Notes: generated by a model not told the origin, from the letters alone. A DNA stretch of 64,000 nucleotides from Tubulanus polymorphus (GCF_964204645.1 NC_134029.1:16052950-16116949); one strand, 5' to 3'; shown: positions 1 through 13,478, counted from the stretch's first letter. A program made the numbers and translations.

Positions 1-1365
1 GACAATTCATTATTTTGGTTTAATCGCCCGCGACAATTCATTATTTTGGTTTTATCGCCCGCGATAATTCATTATTTTGGTTTTATCGCCCGCGACAATT
101 CATCATTTTGGTTTTATCGCCCGCGACAATTAATCATTTTGGTTTTGTCGCCCGCGACAATTCACCATTTTGGTTTTGTCGCACGCGCAATTCACCATTT
201 TGGTTTTGTCACCCGCGACAATTCATTATTTTGGTTTTATCGCCCGTGACAATTCATTATTTTGGTTTTATCGCCGCGACAATTCTTTTTTTGGTTTTGT
301 CGCTGCGACAATTCATTAGTCTGGTTTTGTCGCCCGCGACAATTCATTAGTCTGGTTTTGTCGCCCGCGACAATTCAATATTTTGGTATTGTTGCCCGCG
401 ACAATTAAATATTTTGGTTTTGTCGCCTGCGACAATTCATTATTTTGGTTTTATATTTTGTTTTAGTCGCCCGCGACAATTTTTTTTCGGTTTTATCGCC
501 CGCGACAATTCAATATTTTGGTTTTGTCGCCCGCGACAATTCAATATTTTTTGGTTTTGTCGCCTGCGACAATTCATTACTTTCGTTTTATCTCCAGCGA
601 CAATTCATTATTTTGGTTTTGTCGCCCGCGACAATTCATTATTTTGGTTTTATATTTTGTTTTAGTCGCCCGCGACAAGTTTTTTTTTGGTTTTGTCGCC
701 CGCGACAATTCAATATTTTGGTTTTGTCGCCCGTGACAATTCATTATTTTGGTTTAATCGCCCGCGACAATTCAATATTTTGGTTTTATAGCCCGCGATA
801 ATCCATTATTTTGGTTTTGTCGCTGCGACAATTCACCATTTTGGTTTTGTCACCCGCGACAATTCATTATTTTGGTTTTATCGCCCGCGACAATTCATTA
901 TTTTGGTTTTATTGCCCGCGACAATTCATTATTTCGGTTTTGTCTGCCCGACAATTATTTTTTTGGTTTTGTCGCCCGCGACAATTCAATATTTTGGTTT
1001 TGTCGCCCGCGACAATTCAATATTTATGTTTTGTCGCCCGCGACAATTCAATATTTTGGTTTTATCGCCCACGACAATTCATTACTTTGGTTTTATCTCC
1101 AGCGACAATTCATTATTTTGGTTTTGTCGCCCGCGACAATTCATTATTTTGGTTTTATATTTTGTTTTTGTCGCCCGCAACAATTTTTTTTTTGGTTTTG
1201 TCGCCCGCGACTATTCATTATTTTGGTTTTATCGCCCACGATAATTCATTATTTTGGTTTTATTGCCCGCGACAATTCATTATTTTGGTTTTGTCGCACG
1301 AGACAATTCATTATTTTGGTTTTATCGCCCGCGACAATTCATTATTTTGGTTTTGTCACCCGAAG
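1..1365. repeat. ~31-bp tandem satellite (consensus TTTTGGTTTTGTCGCCCGCGACAATTCATTA)
   Basis: Head-to-tail units seen directly, each with the internal inverted repeat TTGTCGC-CC-GCGACAA. Confidence 0.95.
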
Positions 1366-3035
1366 AAAATCTTGAAGACGCTTTGATCAATTATCTTGAT
1401 CTTTCGTTTATATTTGAATCTACCAAAGGCCCATCAGCATAAGAAAATTGGGTCGATCTGACTCAAGATGGCCGTCCTATGACCTTTTTAGTGCCCAAAT
1501 GTCAATTTTGGCCAGAATTCTAGGTCCTGTAGCTTCCTACTAATTTGCCATTTCTCATTGTAATTGCTGATGGATATTCTTTGGAGAGGGATGTTTTATA
1601 CCTGGGACAGGTATTTTTGATCAGCCAATTATGAAGCAATTGGCGGCCATCTTGGTGTCATCAGTACTCATTCGTAGGTGGGAAAAAGTTTTTCCACAAT
1701 CAATTGATACCTAAGCATATTGTGTTACTATATTCAATTGGAAAGTTGTAGCCCATAACGTGTTCTATGATTTTGGTGAGTTTCAAGATCATTGGTTTTG
1801 TATGTGGCCATCAGGGGGCGTTGAATAATACAATAACTTAGTATCGCTATATTATATTTGTACCAAGGCATATTTTGTTACCATGATCAATGGCAAAGTT
1901 GTAGTTCATGACATCGTATATGATTGTGGTGAGTTTTTAAGGACATTAGTTATTCCATATAGTCACCAGGGGGCGTTGAATAGTAGAAAAGCTTAGTTTT
2001 TCCTTATTAGATTGGTACCTAGGCATAGTTTGTTACCATGATCCATTGCAAAGTTGTAGTTCATGACATCGTCTATGATTGGGGTGAGTTTTTGAGGACA
2101 TTAGACTATATTCCATATAGTCACCAGGGGGCGCTGATTAGTAGAATGGCTTAGTATTTCCTTATTAGATTGGTACCTAGGCATATTTTGTTACTATGAT
2201 CAATTGCAAAGTTGTATTTCATGACATGTACTACGATTGTGGTGAGTTTTAAGGTCATTGGGTTTTGCATATGGTCACCAGGGGGCGTTGAATAGTAGAA
2301 TAACTTAGTATTTCCATATTAAAGTTTTGAAGATGCTTCAAGGTAATGTCTTGATATTTGGTTTATACATGTATCTACCCTAGACACATCGTCAGCCCAA
2401 AAACTGGCCCTGTCAGATTCAAGATGGCCGACTGGCAGCCATTGTTGTTTGCCAAAATCAGCACTTTTTAAACATTTTCGATGTTTTCGTGGGAAATTTT
2501 GAAGACGCTTTTATCAATTACCTTGTTCTTTCGTTTATATTTGAATCTACCAAAGGCCCATCAGCATAAGAAAATTGGGTCGATCTGACTCAAGATGGCC
2601 GTCCTATGACCTTTTCAGTGCCCAAAAATGTCAATTATGGCCAGAATTTTAGGTCCTGTAGCTTCCTACTGGTTTGCCATTTCTCATTGCAATTGCTGAT
2701 GGATATTCTTTAGAGAGGGATGTTTTATACCTGGGACAGGTATTTTTGATCAGCCAATTATGACGCAATTGGCGGCCATCTTGGTATCATCAGTACTCAT
2801 TCGTAGGTGGGAAAAAGTTTTTCCACAATTAATTGATACCTAAGCATATTGTGTTACTATATTCAATTGGAAAGTTGTAGCCCATAACGTGTTCTATGAT
2901 TTTGGTGAGTTTCAAGGTCATTGGTTTTTGTATGTGGCCATCAGGGGGCGTTGAATAATACAATAACTTAGTATCGCTATATTATATTTGTACCAAGGCA
3001 TATTTTGTTACCATGATCAATGGCAAAGTTGTAGT
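1366..3035. repeat. Host repeat: ~540-bp direct duplication (1366-1906 vs 2495-3035) plus ~156-bp internal tandem units
   Basis: GAAGACGCTTT..ATCAATTA through GCAAAGTTGTAGTT occurs twice, ~1129 bp apart. CAGGGGGCG recurs at ~1812, 1967, 2125, 2279 and 2942. Confidence 0.85.
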
Positions 3036-3157
3036 TTGGTTTTATTATTTTGGTTTTATCGCCCGCGACAATTCATTATTTTTGTTTTGTCGCCCGTGAC
3101 AATTCAATATTTTGGTTTTGTCACCCGCGACAATTCATAATTTTGGTTTTGTCGCCC
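3036..3157. repeat. Resumption of the 31-bp satellite (~4 units)
   Basis: Same TTTTGGTTTTGTCGCCCGCGACAATTCA units. Confidence 0.9.
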
Positions 3158-3469
3158 GTGGTTGTGTCGGAACATTAAGTTTTTTGGTCGAACAGTGTGT
3201 TAAGGTCGTTTTGGAAATTTACTCGGTCTGGTATATTTTGGATTACTGTGTATGTCATTTGTCAGGACATTAAACAAAAGACGACTTAGGATGCTACCTT
3301 GCGTGACTCCACTAGTTAGACCGTCTCATTCCAAGATGAGGCGTTCCGTTGATTTCGGTTACAAGTTTCCGTTCAGAGATAACTGCTGAGCCATTTGGGC
3401 GACCTATCATTGATGCTGTTTCCTAATAGCCTGTTTAGTAATGGCTGATGTTGAGCCTTATCAAATGCT

Positions 3470-5387
3470 TTGTTGAAATCCACCGTTGAACAGGATTCTA
3501 AGACTGTGCAGAAAACCCGTTATCGCTGCTTTGCAGCTATATTTGAAGATGAAATTCGAAGAGGAGATGGTCCAACGGCAGTAAGATCGAAACTAGGATA
3601 TGTAATTTCGGGTCCAGTAAGTAAGTCTGAATCTGTAAACCAAGCTGTGATCATGAGCATTGTGACTTCTCATAAAGAAGAAGAAATTGAGTTAGATACT
3701 TATTGGAAGCTTGAGACGTTAGGTATTTCGGAAACCGAGTCTGATCTAATGTTTCAATCGTACTGTCAGAATTCTATTACATTTGTCGATGGCCGCTATA
3801 TAGCACGTTTACCGTGGAAACCTGTACACCCCGAGCTTCCATCTAATTACGACATTAGTTATGCAAGGACACGATTAATGATCTGTAGGTTAGATTCTGA
3901 TTTGCTTCAAACTTACGATGCCGTTATTCAGGACCAGCTCAAACGTGGTTTTATAGAATTAGTTGACAAAGAATTCGTTTCGCCCAGTATTGGTCATTAT
4001 ATACCACACCATCCAATCGTAAAAGATTCTATGACAACCCCCGTGAGGGTAGTCTATGATTGTAGTTGTAGTAAAGGGCCTGGAGAACCTAGTCTTAATG
4101 ATTGTCTTTTAAAGGGTCCTAATCTCATAAACGATCTTTGTTCTATTATCTTGAGATTTCGATTATTTCGATACGGATTTTGCTCTGATATAGAGAAAGC
4201 ATTCTGCTACATGAAGACGATCGTGATTATGTTAGATTTATGTTGCTATCTAATCCACATGATGCCGAGAGTGAGTTTGTTGTTTATCGTTTTCGCGTAG
4301 TTCTGTTTGGAGCCAAAAGTTCTCCTTTTATTCTGAATGCAACACTTAAACATCATCTAGGTTTAAATGATTGTAATATTTCTAGAGATTTACGTGAGAG
4401 CTTATATGTAGATAATGTTTTATCAGGTAGAGATACTGATACTGAGTTGATTGAATACTATGAGACTTCTAGAACATTACTCAATGAAGCAGGGTTTAAC
4501 CTGCGTGAGTGGCTGTCCAATTCTGAAGATTTAAAGCAAAGAGCATTAAAAGATGATGTATTGAGTAGCAAACAGTCTGTGAAGACTTAAGGTATCTACT
4601 GGGATACTTCTGGTGACACGTTACGGCTGGTAAAACACGATGTTACCGATACGCCATTGATTACGAAGAGAGAGATTGTCAGTGAAACGGCCAGGGTTTA
4701 CGATCCACTAGGATTAATTACTCCAGTCACTATTAATTAGCAAAGAAATTTATTCAGAATTTGTGGAAATCCGGTCTTGACTGAGATGAACCTTTATCTT
4801 TGGAGCTTCGTGATCAATGGGCAGTTATTTCACGTGATTTATCTATTAGTACTAGTTGTTTTTTGCCCAGAGCATATTTTGATTTCGGGATCATCGGTAA
4901 GAAGTGTGAACTTCATGTTTTCGGTGATGCAAGCAAGTCAGCCTATGGAGCCGTTGGGTATCTCAAGGTTGAGGGCAAGACATCATTTGTCATTTCTAAG
5001 AATAGGGTATCTCCATTCAAAGTGAGAACAATTCCAGAAATGGAACTCATGGCTGCCTTGCTCGCATCACGTTTGGCTACTTACATTAAAGAATCGATGG
5101 ATTCTCGACTACATATTGATACACATATTTGGTCTGATAGCCAAATTGTTCTGTCCTGGATTAATTCCGATAGACAATTGAGTACGTTTGTTATTAATCG
5201 GATTTTAGAAATTCGAAAGTTGACCTCTAAATGCATGTCATACTGGCATTACTGTAACAGTCAAAGTAATCCTGCAGATCTTCTTTCACGTGGAGTTTCT
5301 GCGGATACTCGTGCTTCGTGTGAATTATGGTGGAAAGGGCCGACATGGCTATCAGAGTCTCGGCTACCAAATTTTCATTTCTATACT
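3470..5387 (+). pseudogene. pol: BEL/Pao pol, 5' part (protease tail, reverse transcriptase, RNase H), frameshifted
   Basis: GPTAVRSKLGYVISGP, YIPHHPI..TTPVRVVYDCS, SLNDCLLKGP, DIEKAF, FGAKSSPF, LYVDN, HVFGDAS..AYG, IPEMELMAA, WSDSQIVL, NPADLLSRG spread over ORFs 3470, 4240 and 4800. Confidence 0.93.
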
Positions 5388-5979
5388 AGTAATAGGGATA
5401 ATAGGCTTTCAAGCCAAAGGTCGAACGGTCGAGTTCATAAAAAACAAAACATTAAAAGTAATTTAAAACTATAATATATTTTCATAACCGTGTGTATTTT
5501 ATATTAAAACTAAATATTTATTCTAAGATATCAATAATTCAAAAAGCATATTGTATTAAATCAATTGGTCGCTCCACTTCGCTACCGCTCCGCTCCGCGA
5601 CCAATTGATTTATTTACAATACACAAATTCATATAATCAAATATATTCAAATAATAATAATTATTCTATTATTCAACTGAAATACACACGGTTATGAAAA
5701 TATATTATAGTTTTAAATTACTTTTAATATTTGTTTTTTATGAACTCGACCATTCAACCTTTAACCTGAAAGCCTATTATCCCTATTACTCTTAAAATAT
5801 TCATGTAAATGAATAACATTTAAAAGTGTAAGCTCTTATAGAATAGATATATAGATATATTTACAACATTATTTCAATATTCATATTTGTGTGAGTTAGA
5901 TTTTTAAACATTAAAAGTGTTAGTAAAGTGTAATTGAAATAATACATATATAAATCATTGAACTTCTAAAATCAATTTA
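5388..5979. repeat. Left TIR of A, containing a 403-bp terminal hairpin (5388-5790)
   Basis: Inverted match to ~39696-40111; starts AGTAATAGGGATAATAGGCTTTCA and contains its reverse complement ending at 5790. Confidence 0.9.
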
Positions 5980-6000
5980 AAAAAAAAATTTAGTATTAAA

Positions 6001-9000
6001 ATGGAAGTAAATAAGTACTGTCCAACATGTAATATCAATATAGATAAATCCCAAAAATCAAGACACAATAAAACTAAAACACATTTAGAGAATAAATTGA
6101 AATTAGAATATAAAGATGATATATCAGGAACTAAATTAGAAGAATTAAAGAATGAAAAAGAAACATACAAATGTGATACATGTAATCAATCATTCAGTGA
6201 TAAAAGATATTATAATGAACATTTAAAATCTAAAAGCCATATTAGAAATATGAATAATGATATTTTAGGTGAAGATTATTTTGATAATGACAATGATAAG
6301 AAACATAAGACAATTAAAAGAATAAGAAATAAATTAAACAATAAAAGACCATACATGGAAGATGTAAGAAAATATATTAATTCATTAGATAATAAAAAAG
6401 ATATAGAGATAACCGAAGCATTTAAAAGTGATATTGGCCCAGCAGCTATCGAGTTTAAATTTCATAAAGGAAAAACATTAGAAGAAAATAAAAAACATTT
6501 AGAAAATATGAAAGAAATAATAAAAATAATAACTGATGTTGAATATCCTAAAATAAGTATTTCATCAAAAGTTAAATTCATAAAATCTGAAGATAAACCA
6601 ATATATAATATAAATTCTCATTCACAACATATTATATCTAAACAACATATAGATGAAAAATTAGATAAATGTTATAATGAAGTAAAAACTAAAATAGAAG
6701 AGAAATATTTTGAAGGATCTGGTTTAATATTCGATGAAATAATATTTATGACTTTACATGTTTATAACACAAAATATAATAAGTTAACTAAATCAAAACC
6801 AATAGATGAAAATAATGTATCATATTATAAAGAACCAGATATTGAAGCATTAAGTTATATTAAACTACCATTTAAAACTAATGCTGTAATAAATGTACAA
6901 AATGAAGATGATAAATGTTTTCTATGGGCTATAATAAGTTGTTTACACCCAGTTGAAGATTATAAACAACATAGTTTTAGATTAACTCATTATAAATCAT
7001 TTGAAAATAATTATAAGATAGATAAGTATCCTGTTAGAATTAAAAACATCCCAAAGATAGAAAGAGATAATAATTTAAGAATAAATGTATTTGATTTAAT
7101 CAAATTACCAAATACAAAAGGTAACAACATAAAACATTATACATTAGAACCTTTATATCTATCAAAAGATTATGATTCAAACGATGTTATAGATATACTA
7201 TATTATGAGAATCATTATATGTGGATTAAACAAATAGATCTATTTTTTAAATCAGAAAGTGATCACCATAATAAAATATATCTATGTAGAAAATGTTTAC
7301 ATAAATTCAGTAATGAAAGTACATTATTAAATCACAAACAATAATGTGAAAATCATGATTATTGTAAATTAGTTTTACCAAATGAAAAGGATAAAATATT
7401 AGAATTCAAAAAATATGATTACAAAAATAAAGTACTATTTGTTATATATGGAGATTTTGAATCATTAAATAAAGAATTAACTGATCAAGATAGAAAAGAA
7501 ATATATTATAAAAGAAAGAAATTAAATTCTAATGAAAATGATTTTTCAGATGAACCACCAAAAACAAATACTATTAAAAAGATTCATCAATCAGCTGCAG
7601 CTTTCGGGTTATATATAAAATCTGATTATCCAGAACTAATTAAAAGTGAATATTATCATTATAGAAATGAAAATGTTATCAATCATTTTTGTGACTTATT
7701 AATTGAATATGAAATAAGATTTAATGAAAAGTTAAATAAAAATATAGAAATTATAATGACAGAAGAAGATAAAGAAGAATTTGCGTTTGCATATAAATGT
7801 TATTATTGTGAAAAGATATTTAATTATAAAGATAAAAAAGTAAGAGACCATGATCATTTGAATGGAAAGTTTAGAGGCGCTGCGCATGAGAATTGTAACT
7901 TACAAGCTAAGAAAATTAACTTTGTACCAGTTATATTTCATAATCTATCAGGATATGATGCACATTTATTCATCAAACAGTTATGTCATAAAATAGAAGA
8001 AATCAATAATGAAATAGAAAGATTAAATTCAAATAGATCAAAAGATAAAATACCAACTTATAAATTTAGAATGTTAGCTAAAACATCTGAGAATTATATA
8101 TCATTCCAATTTGGTTGCCTAAGATTTATAGATTCATATAGATTTTTAAATAGTTCATTAGATAACTTATCAAAATCATTAGTCGATGATGAATTGAAAA
8201 TATTAAAACAACACTACCCAAATAATGATGATTTTCAATTAATGAGATATAAAGGCGCAATTCCATATTCATTTTATAAGAATCATAATGATTTTAACAT
8301 AACTGAATTATTAAAAGAACAATTTTATGATGAATTAAAAAATGAATATGTTAAAGATGAAGTATATAATAGAACATTGAATATTTGGAATCATTTTAGA
8401 ATGAAAAATCATGGGCAATTAGTAGATTTATATCTAAAATCAGATGTATTATTATTAACCGATATATTTGAAAGGTTTAGAGATGTAAACCTAAAATATT
8501 TCAATATTGATCCTTGTCATTGTTATTCATCACCAGGTTTAACATGGGATTGTGGATTAAAATTTACAGATATAAAAATGGATTTGTTAACAAATATAGA
8601 TCAATTACTATTATTTGAAAAATCTATAAGAGGAGGAGTTTCAGGTGTATTAGGTGATAGATATTTCAATGTAAATGATAACCCCGGATATAAGTTATTA
8701 TATATAGATGCAAATAATTTGTATGGTTGGGCAATGATGGAACCACAACCTTAAGGAGTATTTGAATTAACTGAAGTTTTACAGAATGAAAATAATGATA
8801 AATTTGATTGGAAGAAAAGAATTCTAGATATTGCAGATGATTCAGAGACTGGTTACTTTTTGTTGTAGACTTAGAATATCCTGAAGATAAAAAATTTAAA
8901 TCTAGCTGTCCCGAACATAAAACCGTAACTCATGAAGAATTATCAAATTACCAAAAAAGAATTAAACCCGAAAATCATATTCATACAGAAAAGTTAATGG

Positions 9001-10162
9001 TAACTCACGAAGATAAATATAATTATGCAGTACATTATAGAATGTTAAAGTTTTATCTAAAACAAGGAATGGTTCTAAAAAAAGTACATAGATATATTTC
9101 ATTCAGTCAATCTAAGTGGTTAGAAAAATATATAGATTTTAACACCAAACAGGGAACTGAAGCTAAAACTGATTTCGAGAAAGATTTCTTCAAGTTAATG
9201 AACAATGCATTCTATGGTAAGACTTGTGAAAATATTAGAAATAGAAATGATATTGAGTTAGTTAGTAATGGTAAAAGGATAAGGCATTTACAATCATATC
9301 CTAAGTTTATTGGTAACAGAATATTTGATGAAAATTTAGCCGCAGTTAAGATGAGAAGAACATCAATGAAATTTAATAAACCAATCTATGTTCAACATAA
9401 TATTCCTACTTGGAAAAGTCACAATTTCTTCGGTTTCGATATATTCCTTTTGAAACCTTCAATATTCCTAATTAATCTGCCATTCATCCCTAAATGGAAT
9501 TTTGAAAGGTTGGCAGCCCTGATGTTGGCGCTTCAGTTTTAGAATTATCAAAATTACTAATGTATGAATTCTATTATAATGTATTACAACCACTTTTTGG
9601 AGAAAAACATATAGAAATATTATATTTTGATACTGACAGTTACATATTAAAGATAAAAACTGATAACATAACTGATGATTTAAAAACATTGAAACATCAT
9701 TTTGATTTCAGTAATTATCTTAAAAATCATGAATTGTTTAGCAATGATGATAAAAAAGTTCCCGGTAAATTCAAAGATGAATTAGGTGGTGAAGAAATGA
9801 TAGAGTTCATAGGTATTAGATCTAAAATGTATTCATATAAAACTAAAGAACATGAAGCTAAAAAGTTAAAAGGAATAACCAAAAGTGTAGTAGAAAAGAA
9901 TATTCATTTCAAAGATTACATCAATTGTATATTCAATGAAGAAGTTAGAAAACATAAGATGAAATGTTTAAGATCTGAAGATCATGAAATGTTTATTGAA
10001 GAAATTGAAAAGATAAGTCTAAACCCATTTGATGATAAAAGATATATTTTAGATGATGGAATTCATACAGTTGCATATGGTTGCAATTTAGATGAATACT
10101 TAAAATTTAAAAGAGAAGAAACAAAAGAGAACGAGATAATGAAAAGAATTCTAACGTGTTAA
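6001..10162 (+). pseudogene. pPolB: Protein-primed family B DNA polymerase of A (stops at 7344 and 8754, frameshift, 129-bp insertion)
   Basis: Collinear with the intact 33222-37247 copy; FHNLSGYD, YIDANNLY, KLMNNAFYGK, YFDTDS. Confidence 0.95.
9393..9521. mobile_element. 129-bp insertion in pPolB of A, flanked by an ATGTT duplication
   Basis: Copy C reads CCAATCTATGTTGGCG uninterrupted. The insert ends GGTTGGCAGCCCTG, resembling a DNA-transposon TIR end. Confidence 0.7.
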
Positions 10163-10191
10163 TCAAATTTTAATAAAAATATGTTATTAAA

Positions 10192-10545
10192 ATGGAGAGT
10201 AAACAAGCGCACAGTGAGAACAACAAATTATTTCTAGATAGAATTAAAGATATCACAAATGTAAAATCTGTAGATTATAAATTCAAAAAGTTAACAGAAT
10301 TAACAATCCATAAGAAATATCTAATTACAAATATTGATACAGTTACTAATAACTATGGAGATAAATTAGTTATGCACTTAGAATATGAAGGATTAAAAGG
10401 AAATACATATAAATTCAGAACATATTTACCAGATAGATTTCATAGATTATCAAGTGAAGATCTAGAAGAATTATGTTCAGGAGATTTCTATTTCGTATAC
10501 AAAGGTAAGAATGAAAAAGGGCATCATGAAATAGATTTCGAATAA
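10192..10545 (+). CDS. Small conserved Polinton protein, possible OB-fold ssDNA-binding protein
   Basis: FKKLTEL..KYLI..YGDKLV..YLPDRF..FVYKGK; near-identical to 32852-33193. Fold is inferred. Confidence 0.6.
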   Translation: MESKQAHSENNKLFLDRIKDITNVKSVDYKFKKLTELTIHKKYLITNIDTVTNNYGDKLVMHLEYEGLKGNTYKFRTYLPDRFHRLSSEDLEELCSGDFYFVYKGKNEKGHHEIDFE

Positions 10546-10559
10546 AATATGTAAAATAA

Positions 10560-11258
10560 ATGGCGGAATTAAAAGAATACAGAATATTTGTTGATTCTAG
10601 AAGACTTACAAATTATAAATCTCATAATTTACTAGTTCAATTAGATAGAGAATTCAAGAATTGTGTAGATTTAAAATTAGTTAATATAAGTTTTTTTGAA
10701 TTCTTTTTATAATATATCGGATAAAACTATTGATCATAATGCTTTTATGATTCATATTAGAAATGTAAATAAATGGTTTCACCTAATTTTAAAACCAGGA
10801 TTATATAATTTATAAACATTAGCTCAAGAAATTAATAGAAGAGCACGGTTGAAAATTAGAAGTGAAGATAAATTTTTAATTAGATTTATAAAAAGTGATA
10901 GCACAAATAAAATTAAACTGTTAGGAATTGTACCAGATACTGTTACAGGAAACGTAGATGGTAATTCAAATATAATACCTTTTACACACTTTTATATTTA
11001 TTGCAATTTAATCGAGCCTACAAAAACTTTCGAAGCAACTAAAGATACAATTTGTAATTCTAGTATACTAAATATTTTACCGCTAAAAAATGTTAAACAA
11101 TTTGGAACTCAAATTATAATTTAACTGAATGTGATTTTAAACCTTGCATTCCTAAATTTAATAATTTTAAATTAGAAATAAGAAATCACAATGGATATTT
11201 AATTGATTTGAATAACTTTCCTGTAATTTATGAATTAGTTATAAGATGTAGAGAGTAA
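10560..11258 (+). pseudogene. Minor capsid (penton-like) protein of A, frameshifted
   Basis: Homologous to 32073-32834; IYCNLI..LNILP..LEIRNHNGYLIDLNNFPV. Confidence 0.8.
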
Positions 11259-11275
11259 TTTTTTTCACTATATAA

Positions 11276-11632
11276 ATGAATATAACTGTTGGACCGAGTA
11301 TATGTTTTGGGTTTGATTTTAAACGTGAGAAAGAAATGAAATTTAACATTAATGATGTAATTACACATATCAAAAAAATTACATTTTCTAATGAAACAAC
11401 ATTTGAGTATGAAACAACAATAAATAAAGAAACTTTAAATGTAGAAAAGATTACTAATTCAATTAGAGAATCTTTAAGATTTTATGAATTAGATGAAGAT
11501 TTTATTATAGATGATATTAAAAAAATAATAATTGAAATATATACAAATGAAACTAGTAATGAAATAAATGTTGAAATAATCATAAATAAGATAACTAAAT
11601 ATTTTGATGATAGTAAAGTTTTTGATAAATAA
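11276..11632 (+). CDS. Hypothetical Polinton protein (MNITVGPSICFGFDF family)
   Basis: Homologues at the same position in B, C and D. Confidence 0.75.
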   Translation: MNITVGPSICFGFDFKREKEMKFNINDVITHIKKITFSNETTFEYETTINKETLNVEKITNSIRESLRFYELDEDFIIDDIKKIIIEIYTNETSNEINVEIIINKITKYFDDSKVFDK

Positions 11633-13463
11633 ATCAGTGATAATAAGTGGATAATAACTGGATTATATAATGGCGCATTACTATCAGTTGGAACTGTTGG
11701 TTATTCAATGGTATTAAAAAAAGTATTCAAAATGGGAAGTGTTAATGTTGATAGATTTGATATAAATGATATCTTAAAATTAACATTAGCAGTTACTTTA
11801 TCTAATTTAACTATTGATTATTTGGAAAAACAAAAATATATTCCTCCTATATAGATACATAATCATTTTACTAAATAAATGGCTTCTGCAATTATAACTA
11901 TTATAGGATCGGCAATTGTTAACGCTTTAGCATTTACTGGTGGTGGATATTTATTTAAGCATATTGATAAAAATGGATCATTAACAGAACAAAAAAGACA
12001 TAACTTAGCATTAGAGAAATACAATAAAGCTGCAGAAGAATATAGAGAAAAGAGGCAAAACTATATGGATTATATTAACAAGGAATTATATGATCAGAAG
12101 ATTTCACATAGAGATTTTCAATCAGTTGATGATGCAATGAGTTTATATAACGCGGTAACAAATAAATTACAGATAAATTACATCTACATAAACCTACAAT
12201 ATCAGATTATTATACCCCAAGTAATGAACAGAAGAAATATGAAATAATATGGATTTTAGGTGGAACAGTTATTGTTATATTTGTAGCATATAGATTTACT
12301 AATTAGTAATTTTTTTTGCTAAATAAATGGAAGATAAAGTTGATAATATTGATATTATTCCTCATGATATAAATAAAACTAAATTAAAAACATATTCAGA
12401 AAAACTAATATTAGAATTTGAATGTGACTTAAAGATAAAAAGAAAAAATATTTAAAAAGTAAAATTATATATTATCTTATTATCAGTGGTTCGGTTACAA
12501 TTAGTTCTGTAATAACATTTCTAGCAATATTCAGCCCATTAACACCTTTAGCTATATCAATTGGTGTATTAGGATTAAGTTCAAGTGTTTTAACCGGTAT
12601 AAGTTCAAAATTAAATGTAAAAAGTATTTTAGAGCAAAGTATTTTAGATTTTAGAGCAAAAATTGGAACAATGGGTGGATTAGGAATATTATATACTAAA
12701 GAATTTGGAAAAATAATAACAAATTCAGATATAAGAACACTAAATTGGAATGAATTACCAAAATATTATAATAATATACAACAACAAAACAATAATGGTT
12801 GGGTTAATTTCATTTTAGAAAATAGTGAAGGTTTTACTAAAGCTGGAATACAAAGAATCAATCAATCTATTAGAACTTATTTGATATGTATTTTAGGTGC
12901 GCAAGTTGAAACAAGATCCCCAATAATTGGAAATGATAACACTTCATTCGATGCGCAGAAACAATTTAAAGTATTATTTGAAGATTCAATTCATAATGAT
13001 AAAAATAGATCGATTCCAGAAAACATTGTAAGATATCAAAATTATTTAGATAAATCACATATTAGATTAAATTATTGTATAGGCCCTAATCTATTAATTA
13101 TTTCTAATGATTTAGTATTAAAGATGGGAAACATAATTGGTTACAATAATCTAATTAAAACTGCAACAATAAATAATTCATTTGGATTGAATGATATAAA
13201 TAAAAAGATTATCACTGCCCCAAAATTAATGGAAGGCGAAAAAAATAAAAAACATTCAATCAACAGAAACTAAAACTAATAATATTAAATTAAATAATGA
13301 TTCTAAAATAAAAGATTACAATACATCAGAAAATATAAAAACTGATAATATTCAACATGATATAATTAAACTAAATGATGAAAATAAATCCCATGAAAAT
13401 ACTAAATTAGCTTTAACTTGTATAGGAATTGTTATAGGAGGAATATTATATTTTAAATTTTAA
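11633..13463 (+). pseudogene. Decayed membrane-protein block of A (73-, 140-, 144- and 433-aa homologues; internal deletion at ~12625)
   Basis: Collinear with B 29273-31714; lost start codon, frameshifts, and a deletion joining the 144-aa gene to the middle of the 433-aa gene. Confidence 0.85.
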
Positions 13464-13478
13464 TTTTTTATTATATAA

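Noticed and set aside
1-1365. CRISPR array (31-bp palindromic repeats)
   Set aside because: Units are contiguous with no unique spacers, there are no cas genes, and the context is eukaryotic. It is a satellite.
46-1442. Overlapping ORFs VLSPATIHYFGF..
   Set aside because: Translations of a stop-poor tandem repeat in all three frames, with TTG starts.
3158-3185. Primer-binding site or 5' LTR of the Pao element (TGGTTGTGTCGG)
   Set aside because: I cannot match it to a tRNA 3' end, and it does not align with the LTR at 41766.
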